64,000 nucleotides of DNA, taken from assembly GCF_006345805.1 (NCBI RefSeq), contig NC_042999.1, positions 57,784,001-57,848,000 on the forward strand, written 5' to 3'. The notes under the pieces were generated by a model, which made no database searches, had not been told where the DNA came from, and saw only the letters and a list, made by a program, of their open reading frames with translations. The position numbers and the translations under genes were made by a program. This DNA comes from Octopus sinensis. Taxonomy: Eukaryota. This document shows, in pieces, positions 41,140-53,731 of this stretch (position 1 is the first letter of the stretch; every line of letters begins with the position of its first letter).

Positions 41140-41770
41140 ATGGTGGATGTGGTGGTGGTGTTGGTGGTGGTGGTGGTGGTTGTGGTGATGGTGGTGGTTC
41201 TAGCAGTAGTGTGGTGTGTTTGTTTTGGTAGTGGTGCTAATGGTATTGTTTTTTTTTTTATGATAGTGATGGTATGATTGTTGCGATAGTGGTTGTTTAT
41301 GAAGGTGGTTGGCCTTGGTGGTGATGGTTCTAGTGGTGGTGATGATGGTGGTTTTGGTGGTGGTTTTGGTGATGGTGGTGGTGGTGGTGGTGGTGGTGGT
41401 GGTGGCGGCGGCGGCGGCGGTGGTGGTGGTGTTGCTGGTGACGGTGTTGGTACTATTGTTATGGCTGTGGTCATGAGGATGGTTATTATTGTTACGGTGA
41501 TGATGATAAAGATTATTATGATGATGGTGGTGCCGATAATGATGGTAGTGGTGGTGGTGGTGATGGTGGTGGTGGTGGTGGTGGTGGTGGTTGTCTTTGT
41601 TGATGAGCTGGTGGCATTCGTCGTTCTTGTTTTGTGATGGTGGTTGTTTTTGTTGTAGCGGTTGTGATAGCGGTAGTGACTGTGGTGTTGATGATTGTAG
41701 TAGTGGCTGCAGTGGTTGTGATGGTAATGGTGCTGGTGTTAGTAAGGGTGGTGGCTGTTGTAATTGTTGC
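41140..41770. repeat. (GGT)/(GAT)-rich low-complexity tract
   Basis: Cryptic trinucleotide repeats; mirror tract at 39230-39395. Confidence 0.85.
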
Positions 41771-41816
41771 ACTGAAGTTATTTAATAGAGTGGCAGAATT
41801 TAGTGTTTATTAAATG

Positions 41817-41870
<54 letters not shown>

Positions 41871-42020
41871 AAGAAAGGAAAAGGAGAGAAAGCTAAATAG
41901 ATAGAAAGGGAGGAGAGAATTTGAAAGATAGCCAAGGGTTGAATAGAATGAATTTCAGATGGCCTTATTGGGTAAGGACATAGTCCAAAATGCGAAAGAA
42001 TGATTAGTAATTCAAATAAA

Positions 42021-42233
42021 TGAGTAGTACTTCAGATATGTGAGTAATACTCTAGATATGAGAGCAGTACTCCAGATATATGAGGGAAAAAAACTCCAGG
42101 TGTATGGGGCGGGGGGTAAACTCCAGATATATAAGTAGTGCTTTAGATATATATGTGGTTCTCTAGATGTATATTTAGTACTCCAGATAAATGAACATTA
42201 CTTCAGATACATAAGACATTATTTCACACATAT
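42021..42233. repeat. Degenerate ~20-bp minisatellite (gagtagtactccagatatat-like), about 10 units
   Basis: Units start at 42021, 42041, 42061 and continue with decay. Confidence 0.65.
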
Positions 42234-43088
42234 AAGAATTGGCAGAGTTATTAAAGCATCGGATAAAATACGATCCGAGCTGTTTATCCATTGAGATCGA
42301 TAAATTTGGCACCAGCCACTACGCTGGCTCTTTACGTTTAGGGCTCAAAGCAGACAACAGCAAGCTGCGATTGGGTAGCAGCATTACTGTGCAATAAGGC
42401 CTGGACCTCACACTGCTTCAACCATTTGTGCCATAGAAACAAAGGCTTTCAAGTCCAAACATAGTGAGGATCGAACTGACAATTCTTTCTGCGTACTAAT
42501 TAAGCTCACAAACAAAGCGAAAACTTGGAAACATTCTCGAGACGAGATAATATTGTGAAATATTTTCTCACATAAGAACAAAGCCAGAAATTAAGAGGAA
42601 GGAGGAGGAGGTTAGTCGATTAAATCGAATCCAGTACTTCAATGGTACTTTATTTGACCGATCCCGTAATGATAAAAAAGTAAAGTTGATCTCAACGAGA
42701 TTCGATCACACAACGTTGTGTGCATATAGACCAAGTAGCAGGTATGTGTATGGATGGATGTATGAATAGATGGATGGATGGATGGTGTCGTCCATTTTTA
42801 ATTATTTGAAATCTTCTTGTTAGGAAGGAGTTGCTTTCTAACGAAGGTATAAAGCTCGCATCGTTGGAATGCAGATAACAAAAACAATGTCATATTTTGA
42901 ACTTGAGAAGAGTCTTGAATATTTTTAGTTTCGCATATAGGATTTATTTGTAATGTGAATATTAGCTGTTGATTTCTTTTTCGGAAAACTGTTGCTTCTG
43001 TGGGCTTTTACTTACCAAAGCAAGTGCACCAAGTATTATTAGTATGAATGTAAAACTGGGTATAGAAATTGAAGGTTTCGAAGCAGTT

Positions 43089-43335
43089 CTTTCACTCTTT
43101 TACTTGTTTCAGTCATTTAACTGTAGCCATGCTGGAGCACCGCCTTTAAGTCGAGCAATTCGACCCCAGGACTTATTCTTTGGAAGCCTAGTACTTATTC
43201 TATAGGTCTCTTTAACCGAACCGCTAAGTTACGGGGATGTAAACACACCAGTATCAGTTATCAAGCGACGTGTGGGGGGGGACACAAACACACACTCACA
43301 CACAAATATATACACACACATACGTACACACACAC

Positions 43336-43389
<54 letters not shown>

Positions 43390-43553
43390 GACGGGCTTCT
43401 TTCAGCTTCCATCTACCAAATCCACTCACATGGTCTTGGACGGCCCAAGGCTATAGTAGAAGACACTTGTCCAATGTGCCACGCTGTGGGACTGAACCTG
43501 AAACCATGTGGTTGGTAAGCAAGCTACTTACCACACAGCCACTTCTACGCCTA
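43089..43553 (-). mobile_element. Full-length SINE family A
   Basis: Reverse complement of the family A sequence. Confidence 0.9.
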
Positions 43554-43554
43554 T

Positions 43555-44200
43555 CCACAGTTATCTTTCTTCTCTTTGACTTTCGAAGCGATATTCACAT
43601 GAGTAGGGCAGCTGACCTCTATGATAGTATATACTTTTACTAATCTGTACCAAACAACAATATCCGACGTGTTGGTGATATTTGTACTTGGTAGCAGTTT
43701 TGAAAGAAACGTTTCACAGATATTCCCTGTGTTGAGGTTTATATATGTATTCCAAGCGTTCAATGTATTTATCCCAAGATAGCCATTTTTCGGATGTCAT
43801 TGTGTATTGTTTTAGCATTGGAAGGTATTACTTTGATAACAATTTTGGGTAGCTGCTGATTACGAGCGATATCTTCTGCAGAAATGTGATATTGTCGACA
43901 TATTCGGTTGCATCTGGGGTCTCCATTGGCTTCACTGTCGCTTTCGTTTAATAGGCATTTTCTAGCAATCTCTTGCTCTTGGATTGCAAATGCAAATCCT
44001 TCGAAATATGTGATGTAACGGTCATAAGACGGATGCATTCCATATCGATATTAGTGCCATCTTCAAGAAACATAACCATATATGAACTTTTGTGGCTATG
44101 CTGAACGTGTCACATTCAGGATTTCTTTGAAGTACATTAGTCGAGATGTGTTGGGGTTATATGTGAGATCGTCAGGAAAGGAATACTTCTTGGAGAGCCA
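43555..44200 (-). mobile_element. Degenerate RLE-type (R4-like) non-LTR retrotransposon fragments
   Basis: FEGFAFAIQEQEI..C.RIC (43769-44038) and SDIVVW..IIEVSCP..KVKEK (43551-43763). Confidence 0.65.
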
Positions 44201-44297
44201 ACAAGTGACTCGTAGGGTATAGTTCTTCCTGCTTTTCAGCACTTGGTTTATGTATTTATTTTTTTCTACTGTTGTTTTGCAGGTGCTGTATGCAAAA

Positions 44298-44339
<42 letters not shown>

Positions 44340-44364
44340 ATATCTATCTATCTATCTATCTATC

Positions 44365-44397
<33 letters not shown>

Positions 44398-44399
<2 letters not shown>

Positions 44400-45318
44400 G
44401 GGTATTAGTGGGGGGGTGCGACGACGAGCTCGGGGCAAACCTGGGCGTCGACGAGGAATACCTGACCCGCCTATTCAGGACGACTTTCGGGTCAGGGCCC
44501 ATGGATAACTTCCAAAGATCCCTGGCCTGGCAGTGCTACCGATAAGCTCTACAAACACGGCTCGAGAAACACGGGGCCGACCTACCCGAGATGCGGTCAG
44601 AGCGACGAAACCGTTCTGCACGCACTCGTGCAGTGTCCAACCATTTCCGACCTGTGGGCTTATGTCGAACGACTGCTGTCACGTGTGGGACGAGTCGGTT
44701 TATCAGCCGAGTCTATTGTCAATATCGCCACGCCTCGTTCCTTCAAACGGGAAGGAAGAGCTATTTTTATCATACTTATGGCTATGGCGAAAGAATGTAT
44801 CTGGTGGACGCGTCTGAAAGGATTAGAGACAACCACTTTCCTCTCTGGTCAATCTCTCATTAACTTCTTCAAGTATCACTTGAAAAGGAAAGTGAGAGTA
44901 GAGAGGCAAGTTTTGTCAAGCGAATGTTTCAAAAAAAAATGGGTGAATGTAGCAAGGATGGCACGTATGAATGACGAAGCCACCTTGAGCATAATCCTAT
45001 GAACCCGGAAAAATTTAAAACAGAGAGTTACTTACTTGCAAATAAATGTGTTAACATGTAACATTATTGACCGAGGTTACCGTGGTCTTTTCCGTAGGCT
45101 TTTCTTTCCACGGATAAACCTTATCTGCTTCCCTCTTTGCACTTTACATCATGACATTTCTGTGATACACGATCACTATTGATCGTTTTTTTTTCTTTCT
45201 TTTTACGATCCCTTTTGATCGAAAACCTACCCCACTTTTTTTTCTCCTCAAAAAGAAAAGCTCTACTTTGTAATTTGTTCCGTCTGTGTTCAGCCCTGTG
45301 TGGCTAATAAAGAAACAT
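44398..45318 (+). mobile_element. Tx1/L1-clade LINE, 3' end only (copy 1), in an (ATCT)n array
   Basis: Homologous to 48758-49747; ends ...gctaataaagaaacat followed by atctatct; C-terminal KECIWWTRLKG..LINFFKYHLKRK. Confidence 0.88.
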
Positions 45319-45350
45319 ATCTATCTATCTATCTATCTGTCTATCTGTCA

Positions 45351-45394
<44 letters not shown>

Positions 45395-45474
45395 GCCTGT
45401 CTGTCTATCTATCTATGAGAGTGAATGTGTGTGTGCGTGTGTGTCCGTGAATGTGTGCATGAATGTGTGTGTGT

Positions 45475-45507
<33 letters not shown>

Positions 45508-45667
45508 TGTGTAAGTGTGAGTAATTGACAGTCTACAGTCTACTCTAAGTTTCGCCTTTGCGCTGTCAATGACTGCGTGGTGGAATAAGAGATTTGGAGT
45601 ATATTTTATGATTAGGTTGACGTCAGGCATATCTGAATGAGTAGGATGTTAAGTACTCCAAATCCCT

Positions 45668-45767
45668 NNNNNNNNNNNNNNNNNNNNNNNNNNNNNNNNN
45701 NNNNNNNNNNNNNNNNNNNNNNNNNNNNNNNNNNNNNNNNNNNNNNNNNNNNNNNNNNNNNNNNNNN
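45668..45767. other. Assembly gap (100 N)
   Basis: Run of exactly 100 N. Confidence 1.
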
Positions 45768-47937
45768 ACAAGCTTTCAAATTTGAGAGGAGCACAGCCGA
45801 CTGAATGAAGCCTAGCTGGTGCTGGTGCTGGGGCTGGGACTGCTGTTGTAGTTGTAATTGTTTTAGCTGTAGTCGTCGTTGCTATTGCCGCTGTTGTTGC
45901 TGCTATTATTGCTATCCTAACATCAATATACAACTTTTCAAATTTGAGGGGAGCACAGTCGTCGATTCAATGACGCCTTGTAAGCTGCTGCTGCTGCAGT
46001 TGTAACAATTTTAGTTGTAGGTTTTGTAGTTATCACTGTTAATGTTGCTACCGTTGCTGCTAATGTTACCATTGTTGCTATTTTGTTCTCTATCTATCTA
46101 AAGGTCAACACTGATCAAACAGATACATTTTCAAAAGCGTTCTAGACATTTCTAACTCATCTTTCTTTCAGTCTTAATGCATCTAGGACTACATTATCAA
46201 GTGTGACTAACCATTTTTTTTTAATTCAACAAGCGCGATTTGAGGGATATTTGGGTGCTAATTCTAATTGTAAAATGATCTCGTAGAGGTTTTCTTCGTT
46301 AGTTCGTTGTAGTTGTTTAGCACCAGGCCGACTTTACCCAGTGGAACTATGATCAAATGTATTACTGTCGTGACCACCCCGTCTTTTAGTTAGATGTGGC
46401 TTATCTATTTAATCGTTTTTTTTTTTTTTTAAGGTGTGATTTTATGAGATGCGGTTGGCATTTCTAGAAGGTCCAACTCCAATTCTTCACTAAAAGCATG
46501 AAAAGCAAAATTCACGCTGGCATGGTTTACTCTCAGAATGCAAAGAAGGTACGTAACTAGAGACTGAGTAGCATTTCATCCGGCACGATACCGATTTTGT
46601 CAGCCACTGCCGAGATTTTATTTTAAATTGATTTCGTCAAAGAAAACATGCCGATTACGAACGCCTTTTCAAGGCCTCCTAAACTTGTAGGAGGAAAGGC
46701 GTAAATTATTGCCAGACCATAGACTTAGACCCTATGCTCCTAACATCTGAGAACCAGCAGGTTGTGTCAAACTAGGCACCATAAAATTAAGCATCCCCGC
46801 CAAAAACAGAAATAGCTCCTCAGAAGGACTTACACAATTTTTTCTCTACCAAATTCCACTCGCAAAGTATTGATCAATCTATGGTCATTGTTGAAGACAC
46901 TGGTCTAAGATGTTGCACAGTGGTCTCGAAAATGAAAGCATGTAACTGCGAAGCAAACTTCTTAACCGTACAACCACTTTTTGAATTCCTTCTTAGAAAC
47001 CAACTCCAAATTATAGTTTTAAAAAATGAAAATAGTAAATGAGGAAGCTTTATTAATTGCAAAGCACATGAAAACTCGATGCACAAATATATCACGTGTA
47101 AAATAAATCATGAAATCTACCAGGACTTATTTGTTGTAGGCAATTTTTTTTCAATCCAACGTTGATGATTTTTATCAGTTATAACAGTATTCCTTTGACA
47201 ATTGAAAAATTACTGCAAAGCGAGATCTCAGCACATCATTGTTACCATTATTTCATTCTGATAATGAGTCCAAGAATATTTTGAATAGTTTTCGGGACGT
47301 TATTGTTTCAAATCAAATGAAAAGGCTAAATAAGGAACTAAAAAATCTTCAATAAACAAAAAGACTAAATTTGAGACGAGCATAAGAGATGACGTCATGA
47401 AACAGGAGTATAAGAGATGCTTCACGGCCGGCAGTCGAGCCAAGTAAAAAAGATCATGCGTGGCCGAACAATATATATATATATATATATATGTTAATAA
47501 AATAGAACATATGCATATATATAAACATATATGTACGTACCTACCTCTACATGTACATATACACGCATATATGTGTACAGGACACCAAAAAGACGTCGAA
47601 CACATAGAGAGACGAAAAAACATAGACACAAACCAAGGAACAAGACAAGCAAAAAAAGAGATACAGGACAATAAGCACAACGAAAATCCCCTTCTCTCAT
47701 CCGCTAAGGTTTCATCTCCTAAACGTTTCGAAGGATAAAAGCGAGACGTATACTTCGAAGAAAACTTCCTTCGTGCGAAAATCAAATCAATTAAAATTCT
47801 GAGATCTTTTCACAGAGGGGTAAAATATATATATATATATATATATAATCTATATATATATATTATATATATATATATAATATATATATATATATATAAT
47901 ATAATATTATAATATATATATATATTATATATGCTGC

Positions 47938-48155
47938 TGTTCACTCAGCTGTAGAAATGAGTTGCGACGTCACTGTGCCAAGCTGTATCAGCCCCTTTGC
48001 TTTTCATTTGGATAACATCAGTGGCGTGGAGAGGGGAGGCCGGCATGCATGGGCGATTGCTGGTCTTCCATAAACAATCTTGCCCGGACTTGTGCCTCGG
48101 AGGGCAACTTTGTAGGAGCAATCCCATGGTCATTCGTGACCGAAGGGTGTCTCCG
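47938..48155 (+). mobile_element. SINE D-related repeat fragment
   Basis: Starts with cactcagctg as in the family D body; GC-richer repeat-like sequence between microsatellites. Confidence 0.4.
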
Positions 48156-48622
48156 ATATACGCACACACACGCACACACACGTAACAGATGTGTGCATGT
48201 ACATGTGTGTGTGTGTGTGTGTATGTATGTGTGTGTGTGTGTGCGTGCATGCATGTGTGTGTGTGTGTGTGTGTGTGTGTTAGATAGACAGAGAGTGAGA
48301 GAGAAGGAGAGAGAGAGAGAGTGAGAGAGATGTTCAAAGTTGGCAGTTTTGGAGACTAAAGTATTTTTTCGGTTGTGGCATAGTTGTAGTGCTGCTAGAT
48401 CAAGTAGCGTCAATAAATGCGGTTTTCATTCTTTTAAAAGACAGTTGAATATGTTATCGTGTATGGCACTTCCACATAAAGCAATTAACCGTGTCAACAT
48501 GGAAACCTTAACAAGTCTATTATAGAATGTCAAACTTCAGATTGCTCTTTTGTACAGTGTCAAATGCACTATGCTAAATAAATAACAGCTGACGGATGTG
48601 ATGAAATAGACGGCTAAAGTAG

Positions 48623-48653
<31 letters not shown>

Positions 48654-48660
48654 GATAGAT

Positions 48661-48702
<42 letters not shown>

Positions 48703-48757
48703 TAGATAGATAATAGATAGATATAGATAGATTAGATAGATAGATAGATAGATAGAT

Positions 48758-51252
48758 ATGTTTCTTTATTAGCCACACAGGGCTGCACACAGATAGAACA
48801 AATTACAAGGTAGAGCTTTCTTTTTGAAGGTTTAAAAAAAAAAAAAAAAGGAAAGGGGAGTTTCGATCAAAAGGGATCGTAAAAGGAGAGAAAGAGGACA
48901 AAAAAGGGGGGTTAAAAAAAAGGGGAGAGGAAAAAAAAAAAATTTGATCAATAGGGATCGTTATCACAGAAATGTCAATATGAAGTGTAAAGGGGGAGGA
49001 CGGTGAGGTTTACCCGTGGAAAGAAGCCTACGGAAAAGACCACGGTAACCTCGGTCAATGGAGTCACATGTTATATTTCTTTTTTTTTTTTTGCAAATAA
49101 GCACTCTCTGTTTTCATTTCTGGGTTCATAGGATCATGTTCAAGGTGGCTTCGTCATTCATACGTGCCATTCTTGCTACATTCACCCATCTTTTTTTTAA
49201 ACATTCGCTAGACAAAAACTTGCTCTCTACTCTCACTTTCCTTTCAAGTAGTACTTAAAGAAGTTGATGAGAGATTGACCAGAGAGGAATGTTTGTCTCC
49301 AATCCTTTCAGACGCGTCCACCAGATACATTCTTCGCCATAGCCACAAGGATGATGAAAATAGCTCTTCCTTCCCGTTTGAAGGAGGGAGGCGTGACAAT
49401 ATTAACGATAGACTCAGCTGATAAACCGACTCGTCCCACACGTGAACAGCAGTTGTTCGACACAAGCCCACAGGTCGGAAATTGTTGGACACTGCACGAG
49501 TGCGTGCAGAACGGTTTCGTCGATCTGACCGCATCTCGGCAGGTCGGCCCCGTGTTCTCGAGCCGTGTCTGTAGAGCTTATCCCGAACGGTAGCGCTTCT
49601 CGGTAGCACTGCCAGGCCAGGGATCTCTGGAAGTTGTCCATGGGCCCTGCCCGAAGGTCGTCCTGAACAGGCGGGTCAGGTACTCCTCGTCGACGTCCAG
49701 TTCGCCCCGAGCTCGTCGTCGTACCTCCCCTCCACTAAACCCCTATAGAATGCTTGGTTGTGTTGAAGTCACTCAAGTTCGACCCAGACGGCAGAGTTGC
49801 TTGAGAGCAACGCGACACTCGCGGTGCCATTCGCCCTTCCTTCGGCCTCTTTTGATCCACGACTGCAGTTCGGTCATGGAGACGAGCTGCGGGAAGCGTG
49901 CCTCACAAACGGCGACCACACCTGTTCACCGTCGTCTACATAGAGCCAGAGATGTCGCAGTCTCAGCGCGTGTCTGCGCATCATCAACCACGGCATGCCC
50001 AGCCTCCTTTTAACGGTGTTGACAGCAATGGATCGCCTGACCATCGGGACGCATCCTTTCCACAAGAGCGAAAGAGAATGCGTTGTAGTTTGGTGATGGT
50101 AGGGTCGGGACAAGGTACGACGGTCAGGCGGTAGTAGATGACGGACGCGATGTACGTGTTCGCCACCTCTCGCCGACCTTTTAGGGACAGTTTCCTCCTC
50201 GCGGCCCATTGCCGGGCGAGAGTGACCACCCTACTCGTTATCTCGTTCCAGTTCTTCTCCACTTGGAGGTCCGGACCAAACCAGACCCCGAGCAACTCAA
50301 CCGGGCCGTCGGTCCAGCGTCCCACGACGGAGGCGCTGGTGGACGGCATGGGCTTGCTTCTCCAGGTGCCGAGTCGCAAGCCCACTGACTTTTCCGGTTG
50401 ATTTTCGCTCCTGTCACGCTTCGTAGTTTTTCAGTGTCTCGCCGACCTGCTCGATGTGCTCGTGGCTAGACACTATGACGGTGACGTCGTCCGCGTATGC
50501 AGACACGCTCGTCCCGCATCCCGTTCTCCGCGGGCCCTCTCAAGGTTGCCAGCTTCCGCAATAATGGCTCGAGAGTCAATACGTATAGAAGCGACGAGAG
50601 GGGGCATCCTGACGGACCGAACGTGCGATGTCGAAGGGTCTCGATAGATGTCCATTCACGCGAATTACCGAACGGATGCCTCTGTACAAAGCGGCTATCC
50701 AGCCGCGGAAGACGGGACCGAAGCCAGCCGCTCCGAGGACCGCCTCCAAGTATCGATGGTCCACCCTATCGAATGCTTTCGATTGATCCAAATTGATCAG
50801 CGCCCCACCCCTGCCAGGTTCGTTAACTACCCTGTCTATGATGTAGCGCATCAGGTGGAGGTTGTCATGGATGGTCCGGCCTGGCACGGCGCATGTTTGC
50901 GCCTGTCGACCAGTTTCTCGATGACAAGCGCCAACCTCTTGGCTAGCACCTTGGCCAAAATTTTCAAGTCTGCATTAAGCAGAGTGATGGGCCTAAAGTT
51001 ATCTATTACATTTCCCTTGTTTAGATCTTTCTTCAGCAGTGTTACGGCTCCTCGGCTCACAAAACCAGGAATGCTCCCGTTTTGCTGCCAGTTGCAGTAC
51101 ACCGCCGCCAAGAGATCTCCAAACAAGTCTGGCATACAATTGTAAAGCTCGTAGGGTAGACCATCCAAACCCGGTGATTTGTCCCCCGAGCCTTCTGCCA
51201 TCGCTTCCCGCACTTCCGCCGCCGTGATGGCACCTTCGCAGCACCCTGCCTG
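48758..51252 (-). mobile_element. Tx1/L1-clade LINE, 5'-truncated, frameshifted ORF2 with RT (copy 2), in an (ATCT)/(GTCT) array
   Basis: [49 protein letters not shown] (~50483-50500), LLGVWFGPDL. Confidence 0.93.
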
Positions 51253-51278
51253 ATAGACAGACAGACAGATAGACAGGC

Positions 51279-51313
<35 letters not shown>

Positions 51314-51368
51314 CAGGCAGACAGACAGACAGACATACAGACAGACAGACAGACTGATAGATAGATAG

Positions 51369-51424
<56 letters not shown>

Positions 51425-51465
51425 CAGACAGATAGACAGGCAGGCAGACAGACAGACAGACAGGC

Positions 51466-51544
<79 letters not shown>

Positions 51545-51578
51545 TAGACAGGCAGACAGACAGACAGACAGACAGATT

Positions 51579-51677
<99 letters not shown>

Positions 51678-52309
51678 GGAATCGATAAAAATTCTACCTG
51701 TAACGTACTACAGCCAATTTAAAAGCCCGTACCTCGTCTCTCTCGATAGTTTTATTCTAAGTTCATTTCCCCCCAAGACTTAATTGAGATTTGTCCTTAT
51801 GAAATGTGAGGATTTATTCCAAAGATAAGATAAGATACTGCCACCTCTCTGAAGACTCTGATTCTTGACTCACTAGTGACAATAATGTATATTAATCTCA
51901 CCTCACTTCTCTTCTCTTTTTATGAGCCATACCTGCAGGAGTCGACGATCATGGAGCTCCATACCAAAGTTTGAAGATTCATGATTTTATTTCGGAAAAG
52001 CTACAGCAGTGTTTTCTCATTGCTTTCTGCCGGTTTATTTACGGTTCACTCAGCTCGATTGCTGCTTTCCCGAGCTTACTCTGGGGCACAGAGCCTATTT
52101 AACCGTTTGGCAGGAGGAGCAGTTCATGTTACATCAGGGCATTACCATACACCGCTGGATCTGCGTGATACTTGTCTAGGGGGCCAAATCTTGTATACCT
52201 TAGCCACAGGACTATCTTCTGCTATTTAACCCAGAACCGAGTCTCTTAACAGGTATTACCACACAGAAACATAGAGGATCGGGGAGCTGAGGTGAGTAAG
52301 GGGTAACTT

Positions 52310-53494
52310 GTGGATTCAGACATGGGCGCTCAACGCTGAGCCAGATACTATGCCTACGCAGATTTATTGAAGAATCAAAAGCATTTAATCGCGATCTTGC
52401 AATGGTGTTTGTAGACTTTTCTAAAGCGTTCGACTCTGTAGATAGGTACAAGATGTTTGAAATCCATAAGCTCTATGGGATACCAGACAAAATCATTTCT
52501 GCCATCAAGGTCCTCTACACAGATACGTCTTCAACCATCTTAACCCCTGACGGAGAAACATCATCTTTCTCAATCAGAGACACACTCGCCCCATTTCTTT
52601 TCATCATTGTCGTTGACTATATGCTACGTATGTCAGTTGATACCATCTCTGGCAAGGGCTTTGAAATAAAACCAAGAAGAAGTTCCAGACACCCAGCTGA
52701 ATATTTGACAGACACTGACTTTGCTGACGACATCGCTCTTATCAGTAATTCTCTCTCCAATGCTCAGTCTCTTTTACAATCTTTCGAACAAGCCTCAAAT
52801 TGTGTAGGTCTTTACCTCAATGAGGCCAAGACTGAATATATAAACAAGTGCCTGTCCAACAGTGATTGCATCATCCATACTCTCAACAATGCGCCCTTAA
52901 ATATGGTTTCTGATTACAAATATCTTGGATCATACATATCATCATCTGGAAAAGATTTTCTAACTAGAAAGGGTATGGGCTGGTCAGCTTGTAATGACAT
53001 GCAAAAGATATGGTCATCAAATCTAAGTAGAGACTTCAAACTTCAAATCTTCAAAGCCACAGTTGAACCAATTCTACTATATGGCTCAGAAACCTGGACG
53101 TTATCAAAGAAGCTTGAGAGGCGGTTGGATGGAACCTACACTCGCCTCCTTATGAGAGCTCAAAATCTCTCGTGGAGGCGTCATCCAACCAAAATGCAAT
53201 TATATGGGAAACTACCACCTGTGTCATCTCTTGTGAAAGGTAGGAGAGTCCAGTTTGCTGGACATTGTTGTAGAGCTGAAAACGTGGCAATTTCTACTCT
53301 TCTCCTCTGGAAGCCATCTACTCGCAATACCAGAGGGCGCACACTCTCCTACCCTAATGTAATCTCCAGGGATACAGGCATCCAGGAACAGGACCTCCGT
53401 AATGTCATGATGGACCGTGAAGTCTGGCGTAGCATGGTAAATTCCATTGTCTCAACCCCGGTCGAACAATGATGATGATGATGATGATGATGAT
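52310..53494 (+). mobile_element. 5'-truncated RTE/RTEX-clade LINE with (GAT)n tail; 356-aa ORF remnant
   Basis: FVDFSKAFDSV, DFADDIAL, YKYLGS, EPILLYGSETW; the GxLQG motif is missing before DTLAPFLF. Confidence 0.9.
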
Positions 53495-53731
53495 GTGGAG
53501 GCGCGTGGCTTAGTGATTAGGCTGTTGAACTCATGAACGTCAGATTGTGACTTCGATTCCGAGACCGGGCGACGTGTTGTCTTCTTCAGCAAAACACTTC
53601 ATTTCGTGTTGCTCCAGTCCACTCAGCTGGCAAAAATTAGTAATCCTGCGACGGACCAACGTCCCGTCCAGGTGAGGAATATAAACACCGTGAAACAGGG
53701 AAACCAGCCCGTATGAGTCAGCATGACTTAT
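53495..53731 (+). mobile_element. SINE family D copy directly after the RTE tail
   Basis: gtggaggcgcgtggcttagtg head; gcgacggaccaacgtcccgtccag central motif. Confidence 0.8.

Noticed and set aside
40950-41785. Poly-Pro, poly-His, poly-Gly and poly-Thr ORFs of 114-190 aa
   Set aside because: All frames on both strands are open because the (GGT)/(GAT) repeat lacks stops; no splice or domain support.
42021-42233. Regularly spaced repeats as a CRISPR-like array
   Set aside because: Contiguous ~20-bp degenerate units without unique spacers, no cas genes, eukaryotic context.
42270-42400. ~45-codon open stretch and tttggcac miRNA-seed-like word
   Set aside because: No start or splice context and no pre-miRNA hairpin.
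45773-45980. ~40-bp direct repeat 160 bp apart next to the gap
   Set aside because: Two diverged copies in low-complexity DNA beside an assembly gap; uninformative.
48040-48155. Possible HDV-like ribozyme (UUCG-capped hairpin followed by CGAA)
   Set aside because: No convincing P1, P2 or P3 pairing by hand; an Infernal or RNArobo search would be needed to reopen it.
50648-51145. 165-aa plus-strand ORF
   Set aside because: Antisense shadow of the GC-rich Tx1 RT.
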